Of a stretch of DNA of 64,000 nt, positions 13,904-24,031 are shown piece by piece. Positions within the stretch are counted from its first letter, which is position 1; every line of letters begins with the position of its first letter. Below the pieces are notes generated by a model, which was not told where the DNA came from, searched no databases, and saw only the letters and a program-made list of their open reading frames with translations. The DNA lies in NCBI GenBank assembly GCA_965112735.1, contig OZ218954.1:1860001-1924000 (forward strand), in the 5' to 3' direction. The stretch is from Phaeosaccion multiseriatum. Lineage: Eukaryota; Protista; Ochrophyta, other classes. The position numbers and the translations under genes were made by a program.

Positions 13904-16899
13904 ATGACAAACAATGTGCCTATCCCTCTGAATGACGCCTACGTCAACCATCCTGCGCTCACAGTCTATCGCAACGGCAAAGGGCTCACGGGGAAGGTGG
14001 ATTTGCAGAGAGGTAAGAGGATATCATTCCCCATTAATATAACCAACCCAACCCACCCTTTCGGTCTACTGTCCGTAGTCATCAGCGTCGACGACTTCCA
14101 GTGTCTGGCCCGGGGCTTCTTGGACAAGGCCCTTTACGAGTATGTGTCGAGTGGGACGGAGGACGAGCAAAGTGAGTGAGGGGGAAGGAGGGAGGGAGGG
14201 AGTGAGGAGGAGTGGGTGATAGAGCGAGTTTCCTCTGTACTGGTTGCACCACGCCCAGTATACTCTCGTCTTGTAGACGTGGGTGGAGGCCTGACTCTAT
14301 CTACACCCTCACCCTCTTACATTGACCTGCTGGTTGCGGGGCAGTTAAACTCGTCCACTCATCCACCCCCCCCCCCCCCCGTCCGTTGTCCCTCACCAGC
14401 TCTGGCGGAGAATCGTCAAGCCTTCAAACGCTTCTTCCTCGTGCCGCGGATGCTCCGGGACGTGAGTCGTGTGGACACCAGCCTCACCGTCTACGGCCAC
14501 AGGTGAGTGGGCAGTGTTGTGCGACAGGAAGGCGGCGGGTGTGTCTTGCTCTGCTCCTCTCCCCGCGAGTGTGTGTGCGCATGGACGAGCTTTCATGTGC
14601 GCAAATGAATCACACGTCGAGGCTTTCCTCACTCCAGCCCACACACCCACGCACGCAGGCATGTCATTCTTGGCACGTACATGCACGGCGCCGCTCTGCT
14701 CGCTACTGAACCGCTCTCTCCCCCCTCTCTTTCAGGGCAGCATTTCCCATCTTTGTGTCCCCGGCGGGCGTACACGCGCTCATGGATCCTGCGGGTGCGT
14801 GCGTGCGCAGTTGGCAAGTAATCACCCCACGAATGCAGCGATGTGTACTTACTGCCCCTTCCCCTCCTCCCCCTCCTCCTCCTCGCCCTCGCCACCCTCC
14901 CATCTTGCAGGAGAGTGCGCCACCGCCCGCGCGTGCGCCCATCTGGACACTGTGATGGGCGTGTCGCAGCACTCCACCAAGGATATGGAGGAGGTGGCAC
15001 GGGCCGCTCCCGGAGCACCGCGTTGGTTCCAACTCTACATCTTGAAGGTGAGGCGGCCGGAGGGGCGGCAAGAGCCTGGACTGCGCTAGGCTGGACTGCG
15101 CTGTGGAGCTGCGTGCGTATTTTCGTGCTTGCGTGTGCGTGCCTTATCAGGAGAGTAGCGCCCCTCTGTGCTTGCAGGAAAGCAAGCGACAAGTAAAAGC
15201 GACCCTTGTTTCCCGGGCACCAACCAACACACGCTCCCGCCCTCACCGACCAGGATCGAGAACTCACAGCGGCTCTTATAAAACGGGCCACCTCTGCGGG
15301 CTACGGCGCCATTTGCTTGACCGTGGACTCTGTGCGCTTTGGATTCCGCGAGGCTGACAGCAGAAACAACTTCAACGGACTCCCGCCGGGCCATAGGTGA
15401 GGCGAAGACATGTTTATTTCCCCTCACGCAGTCCAGCGCAGAAGTCAAGTAGGCGCGCCACCCCTCGCATGTCCTCTCTGCCTTAGGGAGCCTCTCTCCT
15501 TAATTTAAAAAAAAAAATACTTCCCTCGCCTCTCGTCTGTCTGCTGCCTGCCCTCCTTTCTTTTCCGTCGGTCGCATCTAGCCTGGCCAACTACCCCTCC
15601 GAGGACGGGTACAACGATAGAGTGAAGGACTCGTGGGACCAAGTGAGTTTTCAGTGCCTTGCCTTTGCTTGTCCGCCCTTCTTTCGCGCCGTGTGAGAGA
15701 ACTGCTGTTTTCGTTGCGGCTTTTCACCCCCCCCCCCCCCCTCTGTCCCTCTCCTTCCCCTTGGACCAGAATACAGAAAAGCTGTTCGACGAAACCGCCC
15801 AATGGGAAAGCATAGCTTGGATCCGGCAGCATACGCATCTGCCGGTCGTCGTCAAGGTGTGTGCAGGGATATGGATTACTGTGCCCGGGTGGGTTCATAC
15901 TTGCTCTCCTATTGCCATCCTTTCCTCCTCCCTCCCTACCTCTCCTCCCTCCGTCCATCCATACACACACACTCACACGAACGCACGCACGCACCCCCAC
16001 CCTCCTCCTCCTCCTCCTCTGCACTTTACGCGCTTAGGGCCTCATGTCTCCCCTCGACGCGGGAGAGGCCGTGCGGGCCGGGGCAGATGGCATAGTCGTG
16101 TCGAACCACGGAGGGAGGCAGCTCGATGGAGCTCTGTCCACCATAGAGGCGCTCCCCGGTGTGGTGGAGGCGGTCAAGAGCTGCACCCCCCTGGGAAGCG
16201 CACCGGTGAGGGAGGGTCAAAGAGCTTCGTGCCGTTCCGTGGGTGAAAGAATGGGGAAGGGTCCGATCGATGCTCACACTCGTACACGTACACATACACA
16301 CACACGGACAGACAGACAGACACACACATTACATAGTGCTACACTGTCTCGGCTCCTTCCGTCGGGACATTTTTTCTCTGTGCTGCTCCCTATTTATGTT
16401 TGGTTTACTCAAAGCCCCGGTTTGTTTTGTGTACTGTACTTGTGTGCGCTGCTCCCTCAGATACCCGTGTTCTTGGACAGCGGCGTGCGACGCGGGACCG
16501 ATGTGCTCAAGGCGCTGGCGCTGGGGGCGACGGCTTGCCTCGTGGGTAGGCCCGTCTTCTTCTCGCTGGCGCTTGCCGGAGAGGAAGGCGTGCGACGCAT
16601 GCTAAGCATCCTCCGAGATGAGCTCGAGGCGGCTATGGCCCTCTGTGGGTGTAATGTAAGTGCCTCCAAGGATCTAAGGGCGGGGGATGGATGGACTTGA
16701 GAGGAGTGTTGGTTGTTATTTCGCAGTGGCTCATTCACTACCTCGCTTGCTCGTCGCTTGCTTGCTTGTTGCTTGCTTGCTTGCTTTGGGCGGGCCCCTG
16801 CTTCCTCCGCTGTGCCCACCCCAGAGTCTTTCCTCCATAGACAGTGCCTTGGTGCTGCGGAAAGGGCACGGTTCCATGTACACGAGAGCGTCTCTGTGA
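13904..16899 (+). CDS. FMN-dependent (S)-2-hydroxy-acid oxidase (glycolate oxidase/HAO family), multi-exon
   Basis: [54 protein letters not shown] (catalytic His) and [18 protein letters not shown]. The protein ends -RASL*. Confidence 0.93.
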
Positions 16900-17438
16900 T
16901 TCATGGGTTGGGGCCTGTTCGCCCCCCAAACAGGGGAGGGAGGCCCAAGTGGAGCCGGACTCACGTGTCACGGTCTGCTGCGCTTCCTCCCGGTGGGGCA
17001 TGATGGGCATCCGCGTTGTCAGGCCCCAAGTCCTTCTGGAGAGGAAACGTCAAGCTTGCTTTGTCAGGCCATATGTCGTTGGAGAGAAGAAGACGGCTTG
17101 ACTGAGATGGTGCGTTGCTTGCCCACCACGTACAGAGCAGTCTGCACCAAGAAGAGACCAGCAAGAGGAAGCGGGGCGGTAGCCCTCCTTCTTCGGCAGT
17201 ACCCATTGGACTGGAGATGCTCGCAAGCAGAGCGGGGCGATGGAAGGGGGTTCTGCCCGACGATGTCGGAATACCTTGGCTTCCACGGTGTGCATTTTCT
17301 TCACGTCGATGGGCTACACAAATGAATGACCCCAGTGAATGGCCACGCCACGCGGTAAAGGTATAAAGAATGAGTACGGCTTTGTTTCGCTACGCCTCCT
17401 GCCTCGGGAGATGAGATGGTCGCTCTCCACATCGGACA

Positions 17439-17509
17439 GCGGCGCACTTGGAGAGCGGGGCACTTGGAGAGCGGGGCACTTGGAGAGCGGCGCACTTGGA
17501 GAGCGGGGC
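17439..17509. repeat. 16-bp tandem repeat (about 4.5 copies of GCGG[G/C]GCACTTGGAGA) with an inverted partial copy at 17421-17429
   Basis: CACTTG recurs at 17445, 17461, 17477 and 17493. CGCTCTCCA at 17421 is the reverse complement of TGGAGAGCG. Confidence 0.9.
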
Positions 17510-17942
17510 TAGAGGTCACCTGCGCTGTTTTATTGACTGGAGGAAGGGGGTCCCTCTCCTCTCACCGCCCCCGATCCGCGTGGACGGTTTCGCATGGAGT
17601 CACGGTGATGCGCAAACTATCTTCTGGTACTTACTGTTTTTATTCTGCACTGTTCCGTACTGTTTTGGTGTTGTGGTGCTTGTTCACACTCCGGCCGGTA
17701 CTGTATCAGCGGTTACAAGTGATTGAGAAAGTTCTAATGTGGGTTGGGCTCTCATTGGAAGGCCTGCAGGGGCTCATTGCTCATTTCAAGGAGGCGCTTC
17801 AATCGCTACCCCGAGTGCTCGGGGAAAAGCTCCTCCAATGGTATTCCGGGCCGGCTTTAGGTCACGGCTCCTCATTTTCATTGAAAAATATGCGCCCGTC
17901 GCTCGCTCGGACGCCTCAATCAATTATAGAGTACAGAACGAC

Positions 17943-20444
17943 TCATCCCGTGCCCTCTCGCCGAGGCTGGAACATGATGGCCGGCGTGAAGAGTGGCCTG
18001 CTATTGTACGTGTCGAAGTCCTCATCCTCCATCTCGTCTTCGCCGTCGCTGCTCCAATCTCCACCACCACCTCCTGCCCCTGCTCCTGCGGCTCCTTGTG
18101 CCCCGGAGGAGGAGGAGGTCCCAGCCCCTTGCAGGTGCGCCGCGGTCCGCCCTGTGGTGGCGGGGAAGGAAGGCGACCACTGCATGATTAGACCGTCTTG
18201 CCCCGCGCTGAACATGTCCTGTGTCTCGTGCCTCAGCACGCAGCAGTGCACGGAGCTAAAGTGTCCGCCAAGAACTCTAGTTAGTTAATGTGTTGTGAGG
18301 AGAGAGAGAGAGAGGGAGGGAGGGAGGGAGGGAGGGAGGCAAGGAGGGAGGGAGGGAAGGAGAAATCCAGGGAGGGTGGAAAGATGGGAGGGAGGGAGGG
18401 AGCGGTGAGAAAGGCCGAGCCTCTTGTCGGAAAAGCTGGGTTTTTGAGAGGCAGGCAGGCAGCAAGGAACAGGAGAGATATTCGACCACAATTCCCGCAA
18501 TAGAGCCCCCCCCCCCAGCAATCAGCCATGAATCGTTCAGAGCTCCTCACTTTGTGGCCCGACCGTCCTTGGAATGGAGGGGGAAGTCGGCAATATCCCC
18601 GTCCACACCGTTGGGAAACAAGACGTGGTCCCGTCTTCGCCCTCCTCGACCGTGGAGACCCGCTTCTGCGTGGGTCAGGGCCATGCGGAAGGGTCGATTT
18701 CGGCGGTTACGCACATCGACAAAGTTGGTGAGCGTGTTTCGACCGCTCCACACGTGCCACATGCGCAGGCGGTCGTCCCTGCCAGACGACAGGAGGTGCT
18801 CGCCGTCTCCGGAGAAGCTGAGCGAGTTGACGGCGCCTGCATGAGCTCGAGCGTACACAGACGCACGAGAGATATGAGCACCTGGTGTCTCTAGAGTCCT
18901 GTAGTCGTCGCCAGGCTCCTGCCGGCGTGCACATTTCCTGCCCCTGCTGCTGCCGCTCCCCCGTCCTTCTACCCTGGCACTGGCACTGCTGCTACTCCCG
19001 TCACCATCATCATCCCGAACTTCGTCGTCATCCTCACTGTCCCTTTCCCCCACCTGCCCCCACCCGCCAACGTCCGTCTCATCCACGAGTGCGCCCCCCC
19101 CCCCCTGCCCCGTGCCCTTGTGCATGTCCATGCTCAGCAGACAGGCGGAGGCCCCCGAGCGGCGCACATCCCACAGGCGCACCGTGCAGTCGGCAGAGCC
19201 CGAGGCGAGCAAGTGGTCATCCGAGGGAGACCATGTCGCCACCCACACGGCGTCGGAGTGGCCGCTGAGCCGGTGCGTGCACCCGCCCGTGCGAATGTCG
19301 CAGAGTCGCACCGCAGGCTCGTCGCTCCCCACGGCCACGAGGGTATGGGTGCTGGAGGCGGGGGCGGTGGACATGGCAGCTGCGAAGGCCTTGGCCGGGC
19401 GGGCAGAGTGGGTGCTGAGCCCAGGGTAGCCTCCACTTCCTTCCGCCCCACCACCGATGGCGACGTTCATGACGACGGAGGTAGAGTTGGTGTCCCACAG
19501 ACAGAGCCTCCCGTCCATACCGCACGACACGAACATGCCTGTGTCGATCGGGTACCTGTATAGGACGGGGGGGGGGGGGGAGTGAGGAGAGGAGACGGAG
19601 ACAGATGGGCAAGGAAAGGCAGGCAAATGTTGGGCCAAAGAGAAGTGCCCCCTATCTATGGGGAGGCCTCGCACCGCTCACACACCAGCAAGCCACCCTC
19701 CCTTGCTGCCTTACCACTGCACTGTGGAGACGCTGTACGAGTGGCCCGAGAGGGCATTCGCCTGCGAGAGTGGCCCGGCCGAGCGGCGAGGCCTTTGGCT
19801 CCTCCACAGAGGCGGCACTTGGAGCGCCTCGGGCTCCTCGTCGTCGTCCTGCCCCCACGCCACCTCGCTTCGCTTTCGCGCACTGTCGTCAAGGTCGTAG
19901 AGGGAAATAGTGGCGTCCGCCCCCGCTGCGCCCAGAGACAGAAAAAGAGAGAGTCTTGGTCATCACAGGTATCAATGAGGGAGGGGTGGGCGGATGGGCG
20001 GAAGGCGGGCGGGTGATTGTAGGCGGGGGGATGTGACTCCCTGATGTTCTCCACGCCTCACGTACCTGCCAGCATGTACCTTCCCTCCGAGTTGTCAATG
20101 TCTAGCCAGTTGAGAGGCCCGCAATGGGCAGACTTGAGCTCCACCTCCACGTTGACATCCAGGTGCGCGAGACGCTCTTGATGTACGAGACAGCGAGCAG
20201 AGGTGGACTGCAGACTACCGAGCTGTCGGAGACTCATCACCTGCAATATGGACTTGTATCGCTCGCCAGAAGCGGCGGCCAGGGCGCCCTCTTGCTCTTT
20301 GACAAAGGCTTCCCGCCACGTCCTCCTCCGACCTCTACCCGCGGAGCCATTGCTACGCCGCCCATTTTCCTCATCAAGCCGTTGGCGACACCAACGCGGT
20401 GGTGCGCTCGAGAGAGAAGGGCGTATCTCTTGCGGGCGAAGCAT
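17943..20444 (-). CDS. ERCC8: DNA excision repair protein ERCC-8 (Cockayne syndrome A WD40 protein), 4 exons
   Basis: HCGPLNWLDIDNSEGRYMLA, GHSYSVSTVQW|YPIDTGMFVSCGMD, VRLCDIRTGGCTHRLSGH, LASGSADCTVRLWDVRRS, AHAGAVNSLSF, LRMWHVWSGRNTLTNF and a C-terminal DWSSD. The start is approximate. Confidence 0.92.
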
Positions 20445-20634
20445 AAAGTGATGTAGACCCAACTGTGAATGGACAACCAACGTGGTTGTTGCAACCCACT
20501 GGGCAACCGTGGATGGATATTTTTTTTCAGCACGAGGGAGCACTCCTATTACCCACGTACGTAGTCAAGCCCTAAAAACGCGGGAGGTACCACAACATTA
20601 AATTTGCAGCAGGTGGTATTATTAGAAAAAAATT

Positions 20635-22586
20635 CTAAAAGACCATCTCGTGGGGCCTGTCTCCCTGGTTGAGCGAGAACTTGGCGTTGAGGTAGGCCTT
20701 GAGCATGGGCGTCTGCTTGATGACAGTTACGAGCTGGTCGTCCACGCTCTTCTGGTCCGCCTTGCGCTCGTCAGAGGTGGTGGAGCCCTGGATGACGGAC
20801 GAAGGGAGAGCCCAGAGTACAACGAGGACGGGTGGGATGGGGGGGGGGGGGGGGCTTAAGCCAAACGACTTGTACTCTGCCCTCAAGCCCGCAGAGCACC
20901 ATCAGTGGTGATAACCGGGCTGGTTTTGGGCCGCCCTTACACACCCGCACATCACACCGACAGGCCCAGCGCGCTGCCGCCGTGATGGGGGAGGTAAGGG
21001 GGTTAGTGTGAGGCGACTCGGTTGCCTACTTCACAGACGGAGTCGACGAAATGCCCACTGCCCTGGGCGAGTCCGGTGCGAACGTGTGTACTCGGCAGGC
21101 CCGGAGCCGCGCGACCGTGTTGGGGCGACAGAGGCAGGCCAGGCGCCTCTCTCGTATGCCGATGTGACTCCGACTCGTCGCCCTCCGAGAGGGGGTGCGT
21201 CTGTCCGGGACGGTCCAGCTCTCCGTCTCTCCCTCTCTCCGTCTCCCCGTCTCCCCCCCCCCCCCCCTTCATCGTCTGTTGTCTTAAGGCTGGGAGTGTG
21301 GTTCTCCAGACAGCGACGGGACCAGCGATCCAAGCTTTCGCACATACGTCCCCACGAAACTGCGGCCCCAGCTACGGCAAAAACACGGGTATCCCATCCA
21401 TCCGACCCCACAGCCTCACACATGGAAGACCGAGCCCAGCCTCTCCTTCTCCCCTCTCTCACTAACTCACCTTCTTGACCTGCTCGAAGAAGGCCTCCTC
21501 GTCCGTCTTCTTGTCCACCCCCTGGCGGGAGAAGTACGCGTCGGTGATGTCGGGCAGCTTGAGGCTGCTCACGTCCACGGTTTGGGACGTGGCAATGACA
21601 TAGGCCTGGTTCACACGGCGCAGAGGCACTCCGTTGACCTTGTAGGGGCCTGGGGGAGAGCACAAGAGAGAGAGAGAGTTAGCGTTGCTGCAGGAGGAAG
21701 GCCAAGGGAAAGAATAGAGGGGACAGTTGGCTGGCCGATGCAATCTTCGGCTGTGTGCCCGAAAGGCGGCAGGGCCGCGACATAAAAAAAGGGAGAGTTG
21801 TTGCAAACGCTGCGGCCCTCAGCTCTCATAGTCATTGCACTCAGCGACCCCAGTTGACAAGCAGCGCGAAGCCATCTGCACTTCCACCCTTATCCAGCCC
21901 CACCGCGTGCACACCAGTACAGTCCCGACAAGGCGCTCGCCTCCCCTGGGCACCACCCACATACCAAACCCACCCCTCCCCCAAAACACAGCCCTCTCGT
22001 GAGACTGCCCCCTTGGGGGTTCTCATTGCTCTTTGCGTGGCTAATGGGGCTGGCTGGGGAGTGGAGGCTGGCAGCGAATGGGCCGAGAGGACACGGGCTC
22101 CCTGCCGAAGGAGAGCACCTTTGGGATGGAGGCAGCGATGATTGGGAAGGAAAGAGGAGCTGTGCATCCAACCCGCCCCACAAGCCATAGTCTCACGCAC
22201 ATTTTTGTAATCATTGGGCACGCAGTAAACTCCCTCCCCTTCCTTCCCCTTCCACCTGTTCCAGTCTAAAATAACACTTGCTCCCAATTCCTCTTCCCTC
22301 TCCCTCTTTCCTCTCTCTCTTCACTTCCGTGCTGCTGCTCTGCAACAAAGCAGCACAGCTCTTCCACGTCCATGACAGCCTCTCTCTACTACTCACCCGT
22401 GACGAGCAGAGTCCCGCTGGCCAGCTGCTTCAGGAAGACGACCCTCTTGCCTCGGAAGCGGCCGCTGAGCAGGATGAGGATGCTGCCGGGGGCGATGCCA
22501 GCCTTCAGCTTGGTGGGCTTGGCCGCGCTCTTCTTGGAAGAGCGCTTGGGCTTGGGGATGTCCTCTGCGGGGTACCACTTCGGCAT
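20635..22586 (-). CDS. RPL6: 60S ribosomal protein L6 (eL6); exons 22586-22397, 21649-21471, 20787-20635
   Basis: MPKWYPAED...[31 protein letters not shown]|[21 protein letters not shown]...RKADQKSVD...[19 protein letters not shown]. Confidence 0.97.
20813..21443 (-). ncRNA. Candidate structured intronic RNA (H/ACA-like or regulatory) in RPL6 intron 2
   Basis: Several long helices (AGGCTGGG/CCCAGCCT, CCCTTAC/GTAAGGG with CATCAC/GTGATG, AGCCCG/CGGGCT, CAGAGTACAA/TTGTACTCTG) and ANANNA boxes after hairpins. No family assigned. Confidence 0.35.
21810..22225 (-). ncRNA. Intronic box C/D snoRNA, SNORD97/SCARNA97-like (candidate tRNA-Met Cm34 guide), ~410 nt
   Basis: Terminal stem CTGCG(T)GCCC / GGGCCGCAG; box C ATGATTA (22214-22208); box D CTGA (21822-21819). 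The antisense element GACTATGAGAG places the D+5 nucleotide opposite the C of a CAU anticodon. Lies in RPL6 intron 1. Confidence 0.8.
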
Positions 22587-22876
22587 GCTGACCTGCTGCT
22601 GTCTAACACTAGTGCTTGCTTCTCCACTCGATTTGCCCAAAATACCCCCCGGGGGAAATTCATGTGTGTCTCCAGTTTTTTCTCCAAAGAGCGACGGTGG
22701 GATGGATTGACCAGCGCTACTCTGCCCGCGGGGGCGATGTGCGTTCCCGGTTCGGTGTGCCTCTATTTCCGCGGTGGGGGGACAACGGTGGAAGGGCGTT
22801 CCTTCTGACTGAGATGAAGAGAGAAGGAGGGGGAGGGGGAAAAGGGAAGGAAGGGGAGGAGTTGAGGGAGAATGGT

Positions 22877-23574
22877 AGAAGGCCTCACTCCAATGTAATC
22901 AGCTACATCGCTACCATGCAGCATATTTGATAAGATCCACGGCGGCGCTGTAGGTGATTACATTTGGAGCGAGGCCCTCTCGCTTTCATCTTCCTCCAAA
23001 AACTCTCCTTGGTGAGCACACGCTTGCAGGCGGGGGGCGCTTGCAAGGAGCTTACACAGCGGGGAACGAGCAAGGGGGCGAAGGCAGATTCTACCTATTC
23101 GCCTTGGCGCATGCACGCTGTGCAGGAGGGGGGCGACGAGGAGGCTGATGATGAGCTGCATGCAGAGGCGACCCTGCAGGAGGCTTGGGGACGGGAAGGG
23201 GACGAGGGTAGAAGACCTTACTCAGGATGTTGACAGCTACAACGCCACCATTCACCACAATTGATAGCGTCCATGATGGCGTCATAGCTGATAACATTTG
23301 GGACGAGGCCGTCTGCTTTCATCTCGACTGGCCTTGGGGCATGCACGCTTTGCATGAGCTGCTGATGAGCTGCACAAAGAGGCGACCCTGCAAGGAGCTT
23401 GGCAACGGGCAAGGGGACGAAGACAGAAGGCCATACTCGGGATGTGATGAGCTACAACGCAGCCATTCACCATAATTGATAACGTACATTGCCGCGCTGT
23501 AGCTGATAACATCTGGAGTGAGGCCGTCTGCGTTCGTCTCGACTGGCCTTGACGCATGCACGCTTTTCATGAGC

Positions 23575-23606
<32 letters not shown>

Positions 23607-24031
23607 AGCTGCACAAAGAGGCGACCCTGCAAGGAGCTAGGCAACGGGCAACGGGACGAAGGCAGAAGGTCTCAATCCGGATGTATGCAGCTTCAACGCC
23701 ACCATGCGCCATAGTCGATAAGGTCATTGGTGGCGTTGAAGCTGTACACATCCGTATCGAGTCCTTCTACCTTCATCCCTCTCCCTTTACAACCTCAATG
23801 CATCGTCGTTCATCTCGACTGGCCTTGGGGCATTCACGCTTGGCATGAGCTGCTGATGAGCTGCACGCAGAGGCGACCCTGCAAGGAGCTTGGCAACGGG
23901 CAAGGGGACGAAGGCAGAAGGTCTCACTCCGGATGTATGCAGTTTCAACGCCACCATACGCCATAGTCGATAAGGTCATTGGTGGCGTTGAAGCTGTACA
24001 CATCCGTATCGTGTCCTTCTACCTTCATCCC
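22877..24031 (-). ncRNA. Array of five PPR-derived fold-back hairpins (candidate pri-miRNA / hpRNA cluster)
   Basis: Arm pairs: 22877-22915/22941-22980, 23199-23251/23273-23325, 23414-23466/23488-23540, 23653-23704/23728-23779 and 23905-23956/23980-24031. Loops are ~21-25 nt and homologous. Arms translate as PPR fragments (EGLAPNVITYSAAVD, MKADGLVPNVISYDAIMDA, KAEGLTPDVCSFNATI). Strand inferred from G-U bias. Confidence 0.65.

Noticed and set aside
17416-18288. 290-aa plus-strand ORF
   Set aside because: Built from a 16-bp repeat plus the antisense of the ERCC8 3' end; no recognisable domain.
20895-20958. Small box C/D snoRNA (GTGATGT ... CTGA) in RPL6 intron 2
   Set aside because: Both motifs lie inside predicted hairpins, and I recognised no rRNA or snRNA complement for the guide.
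20996-21010. Telomerase RNA template (CTAACCC on the minus strand) in RPL6 intron 2
   Set aside because: Only about one repeat unit rather than ~1.5, part of it is sequestered in a stem, and I could not identify a pseudoknot.
21279-21443. U17/snR30 (TTCCATG and GAACCA resemble the m1/m2 elements)
   Set aside because: Spacing from m2 to ACA is too long, and there is no room upstream in the intron for the 5' hairpin and H box.
22877-24031. CRISPR-like array
   Set aside because: Units are over 200 bp and homologous throughout, there are no unique spacers or cas genes, and the context is eukaryotic.
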